64,000 nt of DNA from Chiloscyllium plagiosum (lineage: Eukaryota): NCBI RefSeq assembly GCF_004010195.1, contig NC_057756.1:3897232-3961231 (forward strand), given 5' to 3'. Positions 1-64,000 of this stretch are shown piece by piece; the first letter of the stretch is position 1, and each line of letters opens with the position of its first letter. Both the position numbers and the translations under genes were made by a program. The notes beneath the pieces were generated by a model. That model was given only the letters and a program-made list of their open reading frames with translations. It ran no database searches and was not told the DNA's origin.

Positions 1-48
<48 letters not shown>

Positions 49-76
49 CAGATAGATAGATAGATAGATAGATAGA
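1..76. repeat. (TAGA)n tetranucleotide microsatellite, runs off the window start
   Basis: Direct tandem TAGA repeats with one CAGA variant. Confidence 0.98.
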
Positions 77-1258
77 TCAACATTTAGACGAGCAGACAGT
101 TAGGCAGGTTGTTGGACATATAAACAGATAGATAGACAGAGAGCGAGCAGAAGCAAGTGAAGATGGTTAATCTTGTATTCTGTTGTTCTGGACTCGAAGT
201 AGATACATATATTATTGGTTACGGGTTTTGACCGTTCCGAAAGACAGGCAAATATTCTCGAAACAGCAGTTTTAATTCCTTCATGGCAGAAGTCGAATTT
301 TCTCATGAAACGCCGGATAAAATTTGAATGTGACTCTCGTTTGGTCTCTTGTTGACTATCATGGTGAATGTGTTTCGCTTCTCTCCTTTACTGTTGAAAA
401 TCTGCCATCCACTTCATCTGACTTCACCACTACATTTATATGGTTGACTTTCAGGTATCCATTTTTCAATAAGGGATGGAAAAATAAGTATTAGCAATAC
501 AATGATACTCCTGTTCCAAGAGTGAATGTCATAATTAAAACATTGTTGTTGTGAAAATTGTCTAATATGCACCAGTAAGTGTCATGTTGTAAGCCGAATT
601 AAAAATCATGGAGATTTGCGGAAACCTGCATTGATATGACATTTACACGTAGATATTGAGACAACAATTTTAACAAGTAACACATTAAAGATTTTTCTGT
701 TCTTATTTATGAACTGATGGTCAATACACTTGCTCACCCATGAGCAAACAGAGTTGAAACGGACCAAATATGATGACATAAATTTAACCAACAGAACAAT
801 CAAATTATGGATCTGATTTAAGTACTGAAAACTTTGAGTATTTAATTATTTCTGAAAATCCTCAAAAATCTGCTTTCATTGTTTAATTCAAATGCAAACC
901 TGTGCAGAAAAGTTAAGATATTTTAAAAGATGAAAATCAATATATGAGTAACCTGGTACTGGATTTCTGTATGATCAAATTCTTCCACTGAGATATAAAA
1001 TTCACATATTTATATAAATAACGTGGGATATCTTTACAAAACGTTGTGGACATACAACTGGAGACAATGTCGGGATTCGCAAATTGAAAGTGATTACTAT
1101 GGATCGAATTGCAAGTAGATGAACAATCAAAATGTATCGAATGTTCTCTGATGCAAATTCATGAACTGTTGTGGATGAATGCAACACTGGAAATAAATTC
1201 TGTCGCTGCAAACTACAAACATAAAAAAAACATTGATCATCTGTCCTTTGTGTATTAG

Positions 1259-63380
<62,122 letters not shown>

Positions 63381-63439
63381 GTGAGATTGTGAAAACAGCA
63401 GCTTCTCGGAGAAAAGTTTAAAAGCTATGAATATGATGT

Positions 63440-64000
63440 TGTCTCCGATCCCTACATACCTGTGTCACTATCAAAGCAGGCATTATTTTTGCAAACGTTT
63501 CTGGGCCTTCGATCATGCGCCAAAAACTGAAATGAGGTGAGATGAAAGTGACAGCCCTTGATATCAAGCTTGGATTCAACTGAGCATGGCATCAAGAAGC
63601 CCCAGCAAAGCCCCACCTGATGCATACAAAGATTGGCGTGGTTTTCAAGATCAGCTGTCTCAGGTTCACGAGATCTCTACAAGAGTTTCTCACGATAGTG
63701 TCCCAGGCCCAATCATCTTCAGCTACTTTACCAATGACCTTCCCTGCATAATAAGATCAGAACTGAAGGTATTCACCGATGTTTCCACAATTCTCATCAC
63801 CATTCTTGATTTTTTCAGAGACTAAAACGGACCATTTTCAAGTACAACAAGATCTGGACAATATCCAGTCTTGGGCTAAGAATTAGCAAGTAATTTACGT
63901 GCCAAACAAATTCTAGGCTCTGATCATCACCAATATGCGACAGTTTCACCACAGCCCCTTGATATTAAATGGTGTTCCCATCACTGAATATGCACGGTCA
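63440..64000 (+). mobile_element. LINE RT remnant, runs off the window end
   Basis: ALDIK and VSHDSVPGPIIFSYFTNDLP..IRSELKVFTDV, degenerate forms of VPQGSVLGP..F..FINDLP...FADD. Confidence 0.8.

Noticed and set aside
100..392. Minus-strand ORF with a nearby acceptor-like ttttcaacag
   Set aside because: No recognisable protein, it runs into microsatellite sequence, and no coherent minus-strand exon chain was found.

Overview
Eukaryotic, AT-rich, repeat-dense vertebrate DNA, almost certainly from an elasmobranch (shark), judged from HE1-type tRNA-derived SINEs, CR1 LINEs, Penelope-like elements and Gypsy remnants. No long ORF in the six-frame track is a host gene: each is a transposon remnant, a microsatellite or noise. 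Reading for splice signals shows that the whole window is the interior of one plus-strand gene made of at least 18 micro-exons (24-36 nt, all multiples of 3, all phase 1-1, 540 nt of coding sequence spread over about 62 kb). Spliced in order they give a stop-free, Cys-containing coiled-coil peptide of about 180 aa. Its first part is built from alternating 36/27-nt exons (a 21-aa unit of three heptads) with Leu/Met at nine of ten consecutive 7-residue positions. The start and end of the gene are not in the window and I cannot name it. The introns hold Gmr1-like Gypsy remnants (integrase before RT), CR1, Rex1/Babar and other LINE remnants, SINEs, microsatellites, and several Penelope-derived insertions with intact 12-15 bp target-site duplications. 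One of these carries a minimal hammerhead ribozyme motif. Repeat boundaries are approximate unless a TSD is given.
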